From: Ferroglobus placidus DSM 10642
GTDB lineage: Archaea; Halobacteriota; Archaeoglobi; Archaeoglobales; Archaeoglobaceae
DNA: 32,000 nucleotides
Assembly (NCBI RefSeq): GCF_000025505.1
Contig: NC_013849.1
Coordinates: forward strand, 450,001 to 482,000
Reading direction: 5' to 3'
Numbering within the stretch: the first letter of the stretch is position 1; each line of letters begins with the position of its first letter. The translations under genes and the position numbers were made by a program. The notes under the pieces were generated by a model, which was not told the origin of the DNA, ran no database searches, and was given only the letters and a program-made list of their open reading frames with translations. Below, in pieces: positions 16,533 to 23,763 of the stretch.

Positions 16533-17024
16533 GTGAAAAGTAAAAACATACTGGCCTTATTGGTTGCAATGGTTGTGATTGGTGCGATTGGAGCGGTAAG
16601 TGCTGTAAGCAATACAGGTACCAATACAGGTGCCAAAGATATGCAACAGAACGTGCAAGCAGAAGTGCAGGAACCAAGTTATACTGCATCAATCAAAGCT
16701 CCACAGCTCAATCAAAAGCAGGAAGTTGGCGAGACGCAAGAAGCCAAAATGCTTGAAGGTTACGCAAAGATTACACCAAAGGATGCTGAAGCTGCCGCAC
16801 TTGCAAAAGTTCCCGGAAAGGTTGTTAAAGTCTCACTCGACAACGAAAACGGAAATGTAGTGTATTCAGTCGAAATAGCAACTGGTACAGGAATAAAAGA
16901 TGTCAAAGTCGATGCCGGGAATGGGCATGTACTGTACATCGACATAGGTAACGATCACGAAAGCGGTAAGAACACTGGACAAGAAAGTGCACTTGAACAA
17001 GAAAGCACTACAGAAGTAGAATAA
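16533..17024 (+). CDS. PepSY-domain protein with N-terminal signal/anchor
   Basis: GTG follows aaggaggtga. N-terminal hydrophobic LALLVAMVVIGAIGAVSAV. The PepSY-like core is ITPKDAEAAALAKVPGKVVKVSLDNENGNVVYSVEIATGTGIKDVKVDAGNGHVLYID. Confidence 0.8.
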   Translation: MKSKNILALLVAMVVIGAIGAVSAVSNTGTNTGAKDMQQNVQAEVQEPSYTASIKAPQLNQKQEVGETQEAKMLEGYAKITPKDAEAAALAKVPGKVVKVSLDNENGNVVYSVEIATGTGIKDVKVDAGNGHVLYIDIGNDHESGKNTGQESALEQESTTEVE

Positions 17025-17059
17025 TTCAACTCTGAATTAAACCTAAACTTTTAATTCCC

Positions 17060-17071
17060 TTTTCTTTTTTT
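17060..17071 (+). terminator. oligo-T tract (ttttcttttttt), archaeal-type terminator candidate
   Basis: T-run 36 nt after the PepSY stop codon. Archaeal RNA polymerase terminates at oligo-T stretches. Confidence 0.4.
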
Positions 17072-17101
17072 GTATTATTTAAAGAATTGTGAGGTGAAAA
17101 A

Positions 17102-17371
17102 ATGGAGGTTCTTGATCTTGACGAAATAATAAGAGTTCTTTCAAGTTTCCTTGCTCTTTTTATATTTGCCATTTCAGCAATAGCCTATACCCGGGAGCGA
17201 AGAAGAAAACTCCTTATTGTCTCCGCAGCATTTTTCTTCTATGCACTAAAGGGCCTTCTCAAAATTTCAGACATCTTCCTCCCCCAGAAAGGTAATTTCA
17301 TTGAGGTTACGGCGAATCTGCTCGATTTCGTGATACTGCTCCTGTTCTTCCTTGCAATGGTAAAAAAATAG
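17102..17371 (+). CDS. small integral membrane protein (89 aa, ~3 TM)
   Basis: gaggtgaaaaaATG start. Hydrophobic helices include VLSSFLALFIFAISAIAY, LLIVSAAFFFYAL and LLDFVILLLFFLAMV. Confidence 0.7.
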   Translation: MEVLDLDEIIRVLSSFLALFIFAISAIAYTRERRRKLLIVSAAFFFYALKGLLKISDIFLPQKGNFIEVTANLLDFVILLLFFLAMVKK

Positions 17372-17378
17372 GTGAAGC

Positions 17379-17903
17379 ATGGAGATCGAGCTTGATACAA
17401 GAAGAAAAATCTATGAATTAATAGTAAAGTCTCCCGGAATTCATTTTAGAGAGATTGAAAGAAGACTTGGCATGGCTGTTGGAAGTTTGCAGTATCATCT
17501 TCATTTCCTTGAGAAGAAAAATTTAATAAAAGTCGAGCAGGATGGAGAATACCTTCGCTACTTCCCAGTGGAAAGTCCATTAAGTCAGAATGACAAAAAG
17601 ATACTGTCTTTTCTTAGACGAAAAACATCAAGACGCATCCTAATATTTCTCTTGAACAAACCCGGTGCGAATAACAAAGACATTTCCAGAGGAATTGGTC
17701 TCTCACCTTCCACTATCTCATGGCACCTGAACAAACTTGTGGAAGCTGAAATTGTCGAGAGGAAGAGAGAAGGAAGAGAGAGTTTTTTTAAGGTGAAAGA
17801 TCCTGAAAGAGTTGTGAAACTCATGATAACCTACAAAGAAAGTTTTCTCGATAAGCTTGTTGACGGTTTTGTAGAGATTTGGGAGCATTCAGAACTGGAT
17901 TGA
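17379..17903 (+). CDS. transcriptional regulator with two winged helix-turn-helix (ArsR-like) domains
   Basis: IYELIVKSPGIHFREIERRLGMAVGSLQYHLHFLEKKNLIKV and LLNKPGANNKDISRGIGLSPSTISWHLNKLVEAEIVERKREGRESFFKV are typical wHTH patterns. Confidence 0.8.
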   Translation: MEIELDTRRKIYELIVKSPGIHFREIERRLGMAVGSLQYHLHFLEKKNLIKVEQDGEYLRYFPVESPLSQNDKKILSFLRRKTSRRILIFLLNKPGANNKDISRGIGLSPSTISWHLNKLVEAEIVERKREGRESFFKVKDPERVVKLMITYKESFLDKLVDGFVEIWEHSELD

Positions 17904-18188
17904 GGGCAAGTTAAAGAGCTGCTTGAAGCTATAGTAACATTCATCGGAACCTACAAAATCACGCAGCCAGTAAGTGAGTTCCACTTCACCGGAACTGGCA
18001 TAAGCAGGTTCTCCGACTATCTGGTCCTAGACAGGCATATAGAAATCGATGGAGAACTGCTCAAGGTGGTTGCAGTTGTTAGGAACAGAGTTGGCAGCCA
18101 CGAGAGAGGGATCATCTCAAGTGCTGCACCGTTTGACTTTCTGGTTTTTGTACTTCCTGGTGAGGTGATGTTATGTCTTTATCCATAA
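17904..18188 (+). pseudogene. start-less open frame (95 codons) directly in frame after the TGA of the wHTH gene; possible 3' remnant of a disrupted gene
   Basis: I translated it by hand and found no stop from 17904 to 18186. It has no ATG and no early GTG/TTG. It encodes GQVKELLEAIVTFIGTYKITQPVSEFHFTGTGISRFSDYLVLDRHIEIDGELLKVVAVVRNRVGSHERGIISSAAPFDF... GC content rises at 17904. Confidence 0.25.
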
Positions 18189-18289
18189 AGGTTGTGCTGG
18201 GGGATTTTCTGGACGAAAACTGGAAACTTGACCTGGATCTGTCAGGTGCTGATGAAGAAATAAGAAAGATCATTCGCATACGGGGCTGA
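18173..18289 (+). CDS. possible small ORF (38 aa)
   Basis: ggtgaggtgatgttATG start. It encodes MSLSIKVVLGDFLDENWKLDLDLSGADEEIRKIIRIRG and is followed by a typical GT-rich spacer (tgacttttggttggtttt...). Confidence 0.4.
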   Translation: MSLSIKVVLGDFLDENWKLDLDLSGADEEIRKIIRIRG

Positions 18290-18344
18290 CTTTTGGTTGG
18301 TTTTACCCGGTTTTTTGCCTGTTTAACCAAAAGAGGTGTTTTAA
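18290..18344 (+). promoter_or_regulatory. G+T-rich intergenic spacer upstream of the GHKL ATPase gene
   Basis: cttttggttggttttacccggttttttgcctgtttaaccaaaagaggtgttttaa. Confidence 0.5.
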
Positions 18345-20882
18345 ATGATGGAGGTAAGGTTGGATTCCGGTTCCTGTTCTGAGAGGATTAGCTGGAATTT
18401 TGAGCTCAACGTGATAAAGGAGTACCTCAGCAGGTTCTACTACTCGGATTTTGCATGCATCCGAGAGTATGTGGCGAACGCAATAGCTGCCCAGCATGCT
18501 GCAGGAGTAAAAGATGCGATTCATGTTGAAATAACTCCCGGGAAAATTGTTGTGGAGGACAGGGGCATAGGGATAAGCAGGCAGAAGTTCGAAGAGGTTT
18601 TCATGTGGTTCGGGAGGAGCAGCAATGCGGAGCTTGAGGGTGTGCAGGGCAGGCTCGGTTTAGGGGCCAAGTCATTCATGATGCTGACAGGAGATACAGG
18701 GAAAGTTGTGATGAAAACAAAGTCGAGGGAGACTGGAGAGTCCTACACAGCAGTTCTCACAGCGACGGGAGCGGAGATAGTGGAGAGTGAGGGAAAGGAG
18801 GAATTTGGTACGAGGTTCGAAATCTACCCAGAGACTCCTCTGAGCCCTGAGAAGCTATCTGACTTCTACAGCAAAGTTGCTATGCACTTCGACTTCTCCA
18901 GGATTCCGGTGCATGTTAAGGTGTATGCGGACGAGCCCTTCAGGGTGGTCAAAACAGGAAGAGAGATCAGTGTTGAGTGGGTTGAGGTCGAGGATGATGG
19001 ATATAGGTGGAAGTGGTGGTTTGCAAGGAGTATTGAGGCTGTTTTCGGAATCCAGAACCACCAGATAGAGATCATTGAGGACAATGCAGTCTATGAGCTC
19101 GGAGTAATGAAGGGCAAGCAGAGAAACTATGGAGTAGTGGTTGTTGGTGATGTCAGAGTAGACAAAACATTCGAGGACAACCTCTTCATCAGGATAAAGG
19201 CGGAGGATGGCCGAAAAATAGAGATGCTTGGTGTGGAGGTGAGAGTTCCAGAACCATTACCAAACAGAGATGAGTACAAGGGCCTTGATGATTTTCTGAT
19301 GTTTGTCGGACTGCAGTACAGGATAAGGAAGTTCATAGAGAAAGGATACGACAGATTCCTCAACTCCAGCGTCTTGGACATTATTCGGCATGCCCGCCTG
19401 AAGGAGCTTGAGAAAGAGATGCGCCACATCAAAGATGCCGCCAGGAGCTGGAGAACATACGATGAGAGAGCTCTTGCAGCAATTGAGAACGCCCTCCCCG
19501 GATTTGCAAGGCTTGAGAAAACAGTTCGGATTTTGCTCACAGAACTGCCGGCATACGGCAGGTGGGGCTATCTGGTTAGGAACAGGAGGAGGGCCGTTGA
19601 AGTTGCAACCGTCATAAGGTATGCTCAGGGTGGGGAGCAGGTAGGGTATCTCACAAAGAGGCCGGATGCAAGAAAGGAGAGAGTGCTGGATGAGAAGGAC
19701 ATCTACGCAGTCTACACTGAAGATCCGGAGATAATCGCTTTCCTTGAGAGAAATGGAGTGAAGGAGCTGAAGGTGAAGGACGAGAGGAGGAGAGTGAAGA
19801 TCTACGAGCATGTATGGGGTGAGTTCGAGGGAGGAAATCCGGAATACGTGGAGATTGACAACCTTGTTTACAGGTGGAGTAGCGAATGGAACGAAAGTGG
19901 TAAGATAATCATATTCACCACAAAGGTGAGCGATCTCAAGGGCAAATACCTCCCGCCCTGCTTAGTTGTAACCGGTGGTAAGAAGCTGTACAGTGAACTC
20001 AAGGAGGTGTTCGGCGACTTCCTGATGACGTACGATGAGTGGGAGGAGATGGTCAGAGAGACTACGGTGATTACGGATGGCCAGAAGGTTATGGCCCTCA
20101 GCGATCTCGATGAGCTTGAGCCCGGTGAGAGGGGCTACCTTGTTGAGACCGCTTATCCGGAGTTGATCCCTGCCCTCAGGAAGGTCAGCGGGATCTACAC
20201 GTTTGTAGATGTGACGGACTACACGATCGCACGAAACCTCTTTAATGCCAAAAAGCTGGAGAAGGTGTTTGGAGAATGGACCAGATATGCATACGAGTGG
20301 GATCTTAACTTCATGGCTGGAAAGATTGGTAGAGAGGCTGCAGAGGCGATACACCTCCTCCTCAAACACGGGAAAGACTACTCCTGCATTGATAAAGAGC
20401 TGGTTGAGATAGCATGCAGGCATGCAGGAGTTAAAGGCAAGACAATGGAGGAGCTGAAGGAGGTTGCAAAACCAGTGGTGGAAAGGATAGTGGAGAAGTA
20501 CGGAACGCTCAGGCTCGGCAGAAAGTTCCCGGTTGAGGCAATCTTGTACAGAGGGTCAGTGGGCGGGTTTGACGGGATCACGGCAGGAATAAAGCTTGCA
20601 AACCCGCTCATCCCAACATTCACATACGAAATGGCAGGAAAAGCGGGTGAAGAGGGGCTGAAGCTGAAGAGGCTCCAGAGCATGCTTGGCATATTCGGAG
20701 CGCTTGTATGGTATGTCGAGAAGGGAGGGACGCTGGATAAGCCGGATGGAGAGAAAATGATGGCGGAAGAGGTTGTGAGGAAGCTCCTGCCAGCATTTGT
20801 ACGGTCAGACAATGACTGGAAACAGTTAGTGAAAATTGCACCGAGAGTGTCAAAGAAACTGGCACTGGCAGCCCTGCTCTGA
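18345..20882 (+). CDS. GHKL-superfamily (Hsp90/MORC-like) ATPase, 845 aa, with tail (..VSKKLALAALL)
   Basis: Bergerat-fold motifs are present in order: N-box IREYVANAIAAQHA, G1 VVEDRGIGISRQKFEEVF, G2 GRLGLGAKSFMML, then VVMKTKS. The ~650-aa C-terminal region has no recognisable domain. Confidence 0.85.
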   Translation: MMEVRLDSGSCSERISWNFELNVIKEYLSRFYYSDFACIREYVANAIAAQHAAGVKDAIHVEITPGKIVVEDRGIGISRQKFEEVFMWFGRSSNAELEGVQGRLGLGAKSFMMLTGDTGKVVMKTKSRETGESYTAVLTATGAEIVESEGKEEFGTRFEIYPETPLSPEKLSDFYSKVAMHFDFSRIPVHVKVYADEPFRVVKTGREISVEWVEVEDDGYRWKWWFARSIEAVFGIQNHQIEIIEDNAVYELGVMKGKQRNYGVVVVGDVRVDKTFEDNLFIRIKAEDGRKIEMLGVEVRVPEPLPNRDEYKGLDDFLMFVGLQYRIRKFIEKGYDRFLNSSVLDIIRHARLKELEKEMRHIKDAARSWRTYDERALAAIENALPGFARLEKTVRILLTELPAYGRWGYLVRNRRRAVEVATVIRYAQGGEQVGYLTKRPDARKERVLDEKDIYAVYTEDPEIIAFLERNGVKELKVKDERRRVKIYEHVWGEFEGGNPEYVEIDNLVYRWSSEWNESGKIIIFTTKVSDLKGKYLPPCLVVTGGKKLYSELKEVFGDFLMTYDEWEEMVRETTVITDGQKVMALSDLDELEPGERGYLVETAYPELIPALRKVSGIYTFVDVTDYTIARNLFNAKKLEKVFGEWTRYAYEWDLNFMAGKIGREAAEAIHLLLKHGKDYSCIDKELVEIACRHAGVKGKTMEELKEVAKPVVERIVEKYGTLRLGRKFPVEAILYRGSVGGFDGITAGIKLANPLIPTFTYEMAGKAGEEGLKLKRLQSMLGIFGALVWYVEKGGTLDKPDGEKMMAEEVVRKLLPAFVRSDNDWKQLVKIAPRVSKKLALAALL

Positions 20883-20937
20883 CTTTTTCGGGTTTTTTGC
20901 TGAGTTAGGGGTTCAGTTGGATTTGGAGGTGGTTAGA

Positions 20938-21759
20938 TTGGTCGGATTGATTGTGAAAAAGGTAGAGGATGTGAGAATAGACTGTGCTGAGTGGGAAAAA
21001 TCCTATACAGTCTCCGGCAGAGTGCTTGCAGGTGATGGGGGTGAAACCAGTGAATGGGTGTGGAAGGAGTTTGATGATGCTCTGCACAAGGCCATTGACA
21101 GAATAAACTCCTCCCACCCGTCTCACTTCAGCGGTTACAGCCACTCTCTGGCTGGTAATGTGATCATCACCCTGAACTCTGTCCTCAAAGATCACGAACT
21201 CAGAGTGCTGTCCCGAGAGCTCGGGGCACCGATACGGTTCCGAAAACACTACAGGGCTTCAGGAAACAAGAGTTGGAGGGGCTGGAAGCTGAATGCTGAA
21301 GCATTCATCAGTTTTGCGGCCAGAGGAAATGAAGATACTGCAGAGATCAGCGTTAAATTCTGGGAAGAGTTTTCGACATCTGCCTACGATTACACAATAG
21401 AGCCGCAGATCCACGTGAGGAACTTCTACCGCACAATCACCCGGGAAAGAGCAGCGGACTACATGAAGGATCTGGAGAGGCTGAAACTCCTGAACAAAGC
21501 CGAATTCAAGGAGTGTGAGGTCATAGCTGTCACAAAAAAGAGTGGAAGGTATCTGGTTCTCAAGGAGCTTTTCGAGGACAGCAATGACAGGCTGTACATC
21601 TTCAGAGTTGAGGGAAGAGTAGGAAAGGTGGGAGCCAGGTACTACGTGGATGTTGCAGGAAAAACGCTATGGACTCCGGGCAAAAAACTCCTGTCCAGGG
21701 ATTTTGTAGCAGAACCTCCTCTGGAGGTTAAGAAGGAGTTGCTCATGCTTTCTATTTAG
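20938..21759 (+). CDS. hypothetical protein (273 aa) with tail (..EVKKELLMLSI)
   Basis: Same frame as track ORF 20836..21759, but that start overlaps the GHKL gene. TTG 20938 sits at the cassette position (gaggtggttagaTTG, 20926-20940). Confidence 0.65.
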   Translation: MVGLIVKKVEDVRIDCAEWEKSYTVSGRVLAGDGGETSEWVWKEFDDALHKAIDRINSSHPSHFSGYSHSLAGNVIITLNSVLKDHELRVLSRELGAPIRFRKHYRASGNKSWRGWKLNAEAFISFAARGNEDTAEISVKFWEEFSTSAYDYTIEPQIHVRNFYRTITRERAADYMKDLERLKLLNKAEFKECEVIAVTKKSGRYLVLKELFEDSNDRLYIFRVEGRVGKVGARYYVDVAGKTLWTPGKKLLSRDFVAEPPLEVKKELLMLSI

Positions 21760-21781
21760 CCGCGGGTGAGGGGGTGGTGTT

Positions 21782-22192
21782 GTGGTCTGCGAGAGAAGGG
21801 ATGATTCCTGCCCGTACCACAGCAATGGGATGTGCAACTTCGAAAAAGCCCCAAAGCCAAAAACAATCGCAATCGACCTGGACGGGACAATTCTCGAATA
21901 CGATGGGTGGAAGGGACACAGTCACTTCGGAAAACCTCTGCCCGGAGCAAGGGAGGCTCTGCAAAAGCTGAAGGAAGAGGGCTTCGTGATAATAATTTGG
22001 ACAACAAGGGGAGACAGGGAAAAGGTTGCAAGGTATCTTAAGGAACAGGGCATACCCTTCGACTACATAAACGAGAATCCCTACCAGCCCCCGGATTCAA
22101 GCAACAAGATATACGCTGACTACTATGTTGATGACAGGGCCGTGGAATTCAAAGGAGACTGGCAGGAGGTCTTGAAGAAGGTTTTGCGGTAA
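21782..22192 (+). CDS. HAD-superfamily phosphatase/nucleotidase-like protein
   Basis: Motif I IAIDLDGTILEY, a small cap, IIIWTTRGD, and the C-terminal acidic motif YYVDDRA. GTG 21782 follows gagggggtgg. An internal ATG 16 codons downstream is an alternative start. Confidence 0.75.
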   Translation: MVCERRDDSCPYHSNGMCNFEKAPKPKTIAIDLDGTILEYDGWKGHSHFGKPLPGAREALQKLKEEGFVIIIWTTRGDREKVARYLKEQGIPFDYINENPYQPPDSSNKIYADYYVDDRAVEFKGDWQEVLKKVLR

Positions 22193-22239
22193 TATTGTTG
22201 GTTTTTTGGTTTGTGGAGAGGGTTAGGAGGTGAGAAGAA

Positions 22240-22719
22240 ATGGAGGATGAAACAGTTGCAAAGATTGTGAAAGGATACAAGATCGAAGGCGGATTTAGAG
22301 TGCAATCGATAAATCTTGGCGACCGCAGAAAAGCCACAAGTAGTGTTTTTGCAAAAATCGTAGAGGACATTGACATGAGCAAAGCTAACGGATATGCGTT
22401 TATTGGAAACTTCTTGAACACGCACAAGGAAATGGATTTACCAAATGGGACTCTTCTGCTTGTTGTTAGAGGAGAAGGAAGCTGGAATCATCCACGCTCA
22501 CAGGCATACCTGATACAAATTAAGAATTCTAAACCAGTGGTCTTAATTAGTGAAAACTGGAAAAACAAGCTAACAATTAGAGATAAAGCTAAAGAAATCA
22601 TCGATGAGCTAAAGGGAGTGGATGTAAAGCTTGCTGAAGCAAAGAGATTGATAATAAAAGCAATTGAGCTTGTTGGGAAAGAAAAAGTACTTGAGATTAT
22701 AGAAAAGGAGGTGACGTGA
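22240..22719 (+). CDS. hypothetical protein (159 aa), low-GC block
   Basis: aggaggtgagaagaaATG start. AT-rich codons. No recognisable motif and no tail. Confidence 0.6.
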   Translation: MEDETVAKIVKGYKIEGGFRVQSINLGDRRKATSSVFAKIVEDIDMSKANGYAFIGNFLNTHKEMDLPNGTLLLVVRGEGSWNHPRSQAYLIQIKNSKPVVLISENWKNKLTIRDKAKEIIDELKGVDVKLAEAKRLIIKAIELVGKEKVLEIIEKEVT

Positions 22720-22720
22720 G

Positions 22721-22858
22721 ATGCGATTTCCGGGAGTAGGTGGGCATAAAAACGAATTCTTTGTCTGGGATAGAGAAACAAAAGCCATATATGGGTTTAT
22801 TTGCGAGCCAAACGACAGCAGATACTCAAAGTTGCAAAAGAACGGTCGGGAGGTGTGA
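22721..22858 (+). CDS. possible small ORF (45 aa)
   Basis: ATG 22721 follows aaggaggtga (22706-22715), 2 nt after the upstream stop. Its stop lies 3 nt before the next ATG, whose RBS (gggaggtg) is inside this ORF. It encodes MRFPGVGGHKNEFFVWDRETKAIYGFICEPNDSRYSKLQKNGREV. Confidence 0.45.
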   Translation: MRFPGVGGHKNEFFVWDRETKAIYGFICEPNDSRYSKLQKNGREV

Positions 22859-22861
22859 ATC

Positions 22862-23161
22862 ATGAAGAGCGTGGATGATATTATAAAAGAGTTTAATGAC
22901 GCTATAGAGCATCTTAGACTTTGTCGTGACGACGAGGAGTATAGAGTGCTTATGGGTTGTGGGGATTGGGACTACTATCTACCACACTACGAGGGAATTG
23001 TTGACTGGCTCAAAGAACACAAAGATGAATTTACTGTGGGAGAAATAATAGAGTGTGGCAGTGAAGACTTCGGTATAACGAGCATTTTGCTTTGTAAGGA
23101 TTCAGAGTGTGTTGTGTATCAGTTTGAAGACGGCATTTGTATTAACACCATACCATATTAA
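22862..23161 (+). CDS. hypothetical protein (99 aa), low-GC block
   Basis: ORF with gggaggtgtgaatcATG start. No recognisable motif. Confidence 0.6.
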   Translation: MKSVDDIIKEFNDAIEHLRLCRDDEEYRVLMGCGDWDYYLPHYEGIVDWLKEHKDEFTVGEIIECGSEDFGITSILLCKDSECVVYQFEDGICINTIPY

Positions 23162-23206
23162 GATCTTTTGGCCAGATATATCATTCTGCTTCAAGTTGCT
23201 TCAAAT

Positions 23207-23221
23207 CGAAAGATTTATATA
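23207..23221 (+). promoter_or_regulatory. archaeal BRE/TATA promoter candidate (cgaaaga-tttatata)
   Basis: tttatata at 23214-23221 matches the archaeal TATA consensus, with a purine-rich BRE-like cgaaaga immediately upstream. It lies ~38 nt before ATG 23259, leaving room for a short leader containing gaggtga. Confidence 0.5.
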
Positions 23222-23258
23222 CCTTGAGTTTTATAGATTGTATTGAGGTGATGAAAAG

Positions 23259-23519
23259 ATGTGTTATGTGAAAGGTAGCAAAATAGTGCCATGCGAAAAA
23301 AGCAAACGCAACAAAGCCTTGTGTGCCAGAATAACGCAAAAACTTCAGACAGGCAAAACGTACAAAATAGATTCAGGAGACTTTGATCCATACTACTACA
23401 CTGTGGAGAGCATCGAGGAAGACAGTATAAAAGTCTCAATGACTTTAATACATCCGGACGTTGCCTACAGACACAATATTTGCAACGCCAGAGCTCATGG
23501 TACTATTAAACTTATCTAA
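23259..23519 (+). CDS. hypothetical protein (86 aa), low-GC block
   Basis: ORF follows gaggtgatgaaaag. No recognisable motif. Confidence 0.55.
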   Translation: MCYVKGSKIVPCEKSKRNKALCARITQKLQTGKTYKIDSGDFDPYYYTVESIEEDSIKVSMTLIHPDVAYRHNICNARAHGTIKLI

Positions 23520-23563
23520 TTTTTCGTTTACCTCTGCCCAGAATACTTATAGAGGTGACAGAA

Positions 23564-23701
23564 ATGGCTGAAGAGGTAATTGTCAGAATCCCTAAACAGC
23601 TCATACAACAACTCAGGGAGTTATTCCCCGAGCTCGGAGACGAGAGTGACGCAACAGTTGTCAGAATAGCATTACGCAAGCTGATTCTTGAAAAATCTTA
23701 A
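23564..23701 (+). CDS. ribbon-helix-helix (CopG/Arc-like) DNA-binding protein, 45 aa
   Basis: Not in the ORF track because it is under 60 aa. agaggtgacagaaATG start. MAEEVIVRIPKQLIQQLRELFPELGDESDATVVRIALRKLILEKS has the beta-strand (VIVRIP), helix, G, helix pattern of RHH proteins. Confidence 0.6.
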   Translation: MAEEVIVRIPKQLIQQLRELFPELGDESDATVVRIALRKLILEKS

Positions 23702-23739
23702 TTTTTATTGATTGTTGGATCTTAATTTTTATTGTTGGA
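23697..23739. repeat. tandem direct repeat cttaatttttattg(attg)ttgga x2
   Basis: Copies at 23697-23719 and 23721-23739 span the RHH stop codon and the spacer before the next gene. Confidence 0.7.
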
Positions 23740-23763
23740 GAAATTATAGTAGGAGGGGATACT

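Noticed and set aside
20836-20937. Track start of the 20836..21759 ORF (MHRECQRNWH...)
   Set aside because: It overlaps the end of the GHKL gene by 47 nt and runs through the GT-rich spacer. The cassette places the start at TTG 20938.
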